Shown: positions 63,633 through 64,000 of the stretch, piece after piece
How positions within the stretch are numbered: position 1 is the stretch's first letter
Layout: each line of letters starts with the position of its first letter
The notes under the pieces: generated by a model
Databases searched by the model: none
Told to the model about the DNA's origin: nothing
Seen by the model: the letters and a program-made list of their open reading frames with translations, nothing else
Assembly: GCA_964016885.1 (NCBI GenBank)
Contig: OZ024750.1
Location: 4,154,001-4,218,000, forward strand
Length of the DNA: 64,000 bases
DNA from: Eledone cirrhosa
Lineage: Eukaryota
Reading direction: 5' to 3'
Position numbers and translations under genes: made by a program

Positions 63633-63830
63633 GTGTGTGGCTTAGTGGTTAGAGCATGTTATTTCATGTTACTCCAGTTCACTCAGCTGTAGAAATGAGT
63701 TGTGATGTCACTATCGGTCATTGCTTTTCCCTTGGACAACATTAGTGATGTGGAGAGGGGGGATTAGTATGCATGGACGACTGCTGGTCTTCCATAAACA
63801 ACCTTGCCTGGACTTGTGCCTTGGAAGGGA
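63628..63830 (+). mobile_element. Internally deleted tRNA-CORE SINE with another 3' module
   Basis: gtggcttagtggttagagc then ctccagttcactcagctgtagaaatgag and ggtcttccataaacaaccttgcctggacttgtgcc. Confidence 0.55.
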
Positions 63831-64000
63831 AAATTGATAAATAATTTATCTGGTAATCAATGTTTATCATTGATTGACCAACAGTTAAAAATATAAATAT
63901 AATTTATCAAAATTCTTTTGTCACACATTTTTTGGACATCTTCAATGTTTATCACTGTGTTATAAGAATATAACAATATCTGTTTCAACACACGATTTCA

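Overview
AT-rich, repeat-saturated eukaryotic non-coding DNA (intronic or intergenic). The SINE/LINE repertoire resembles an octopod cephalopod genome; this is inferred from recognition, not from a search. No intact protein-coding gene is present: nearly all listed ORFs are translations of micro/minisatellites or SINEs. Recognisable content: many tRNA-derived SINEs (a Meta-domain family, CORE-domain families with RTE-type tails, one Nin-domain type); 3' fragments of RTE, CR1 and L1/Tx1 LINEs; TTAA-flanked piggyBac-type MITEs; Tc1/mariner MITEs; a probable non-autonomous Helitron; and about ten minisatellites, several grown out of TE internals. The most striking signal is at least six unrelated short (150-500 bp) elements sitting in (TA)n tracts. 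They carry minimal type I hammerhead-ribozyme folds and copy-specific inversions or foldbacks, as expected of Penelope-like pseudo-LTRs or retrozymes. They include a 200-bp-arm hairpin with a hammerhead on each arm and a family with a recurrent non-canonical CAGAAGA core. A few isolated candidate micro-exons are noted. All folds and coordinates were derived by eye.
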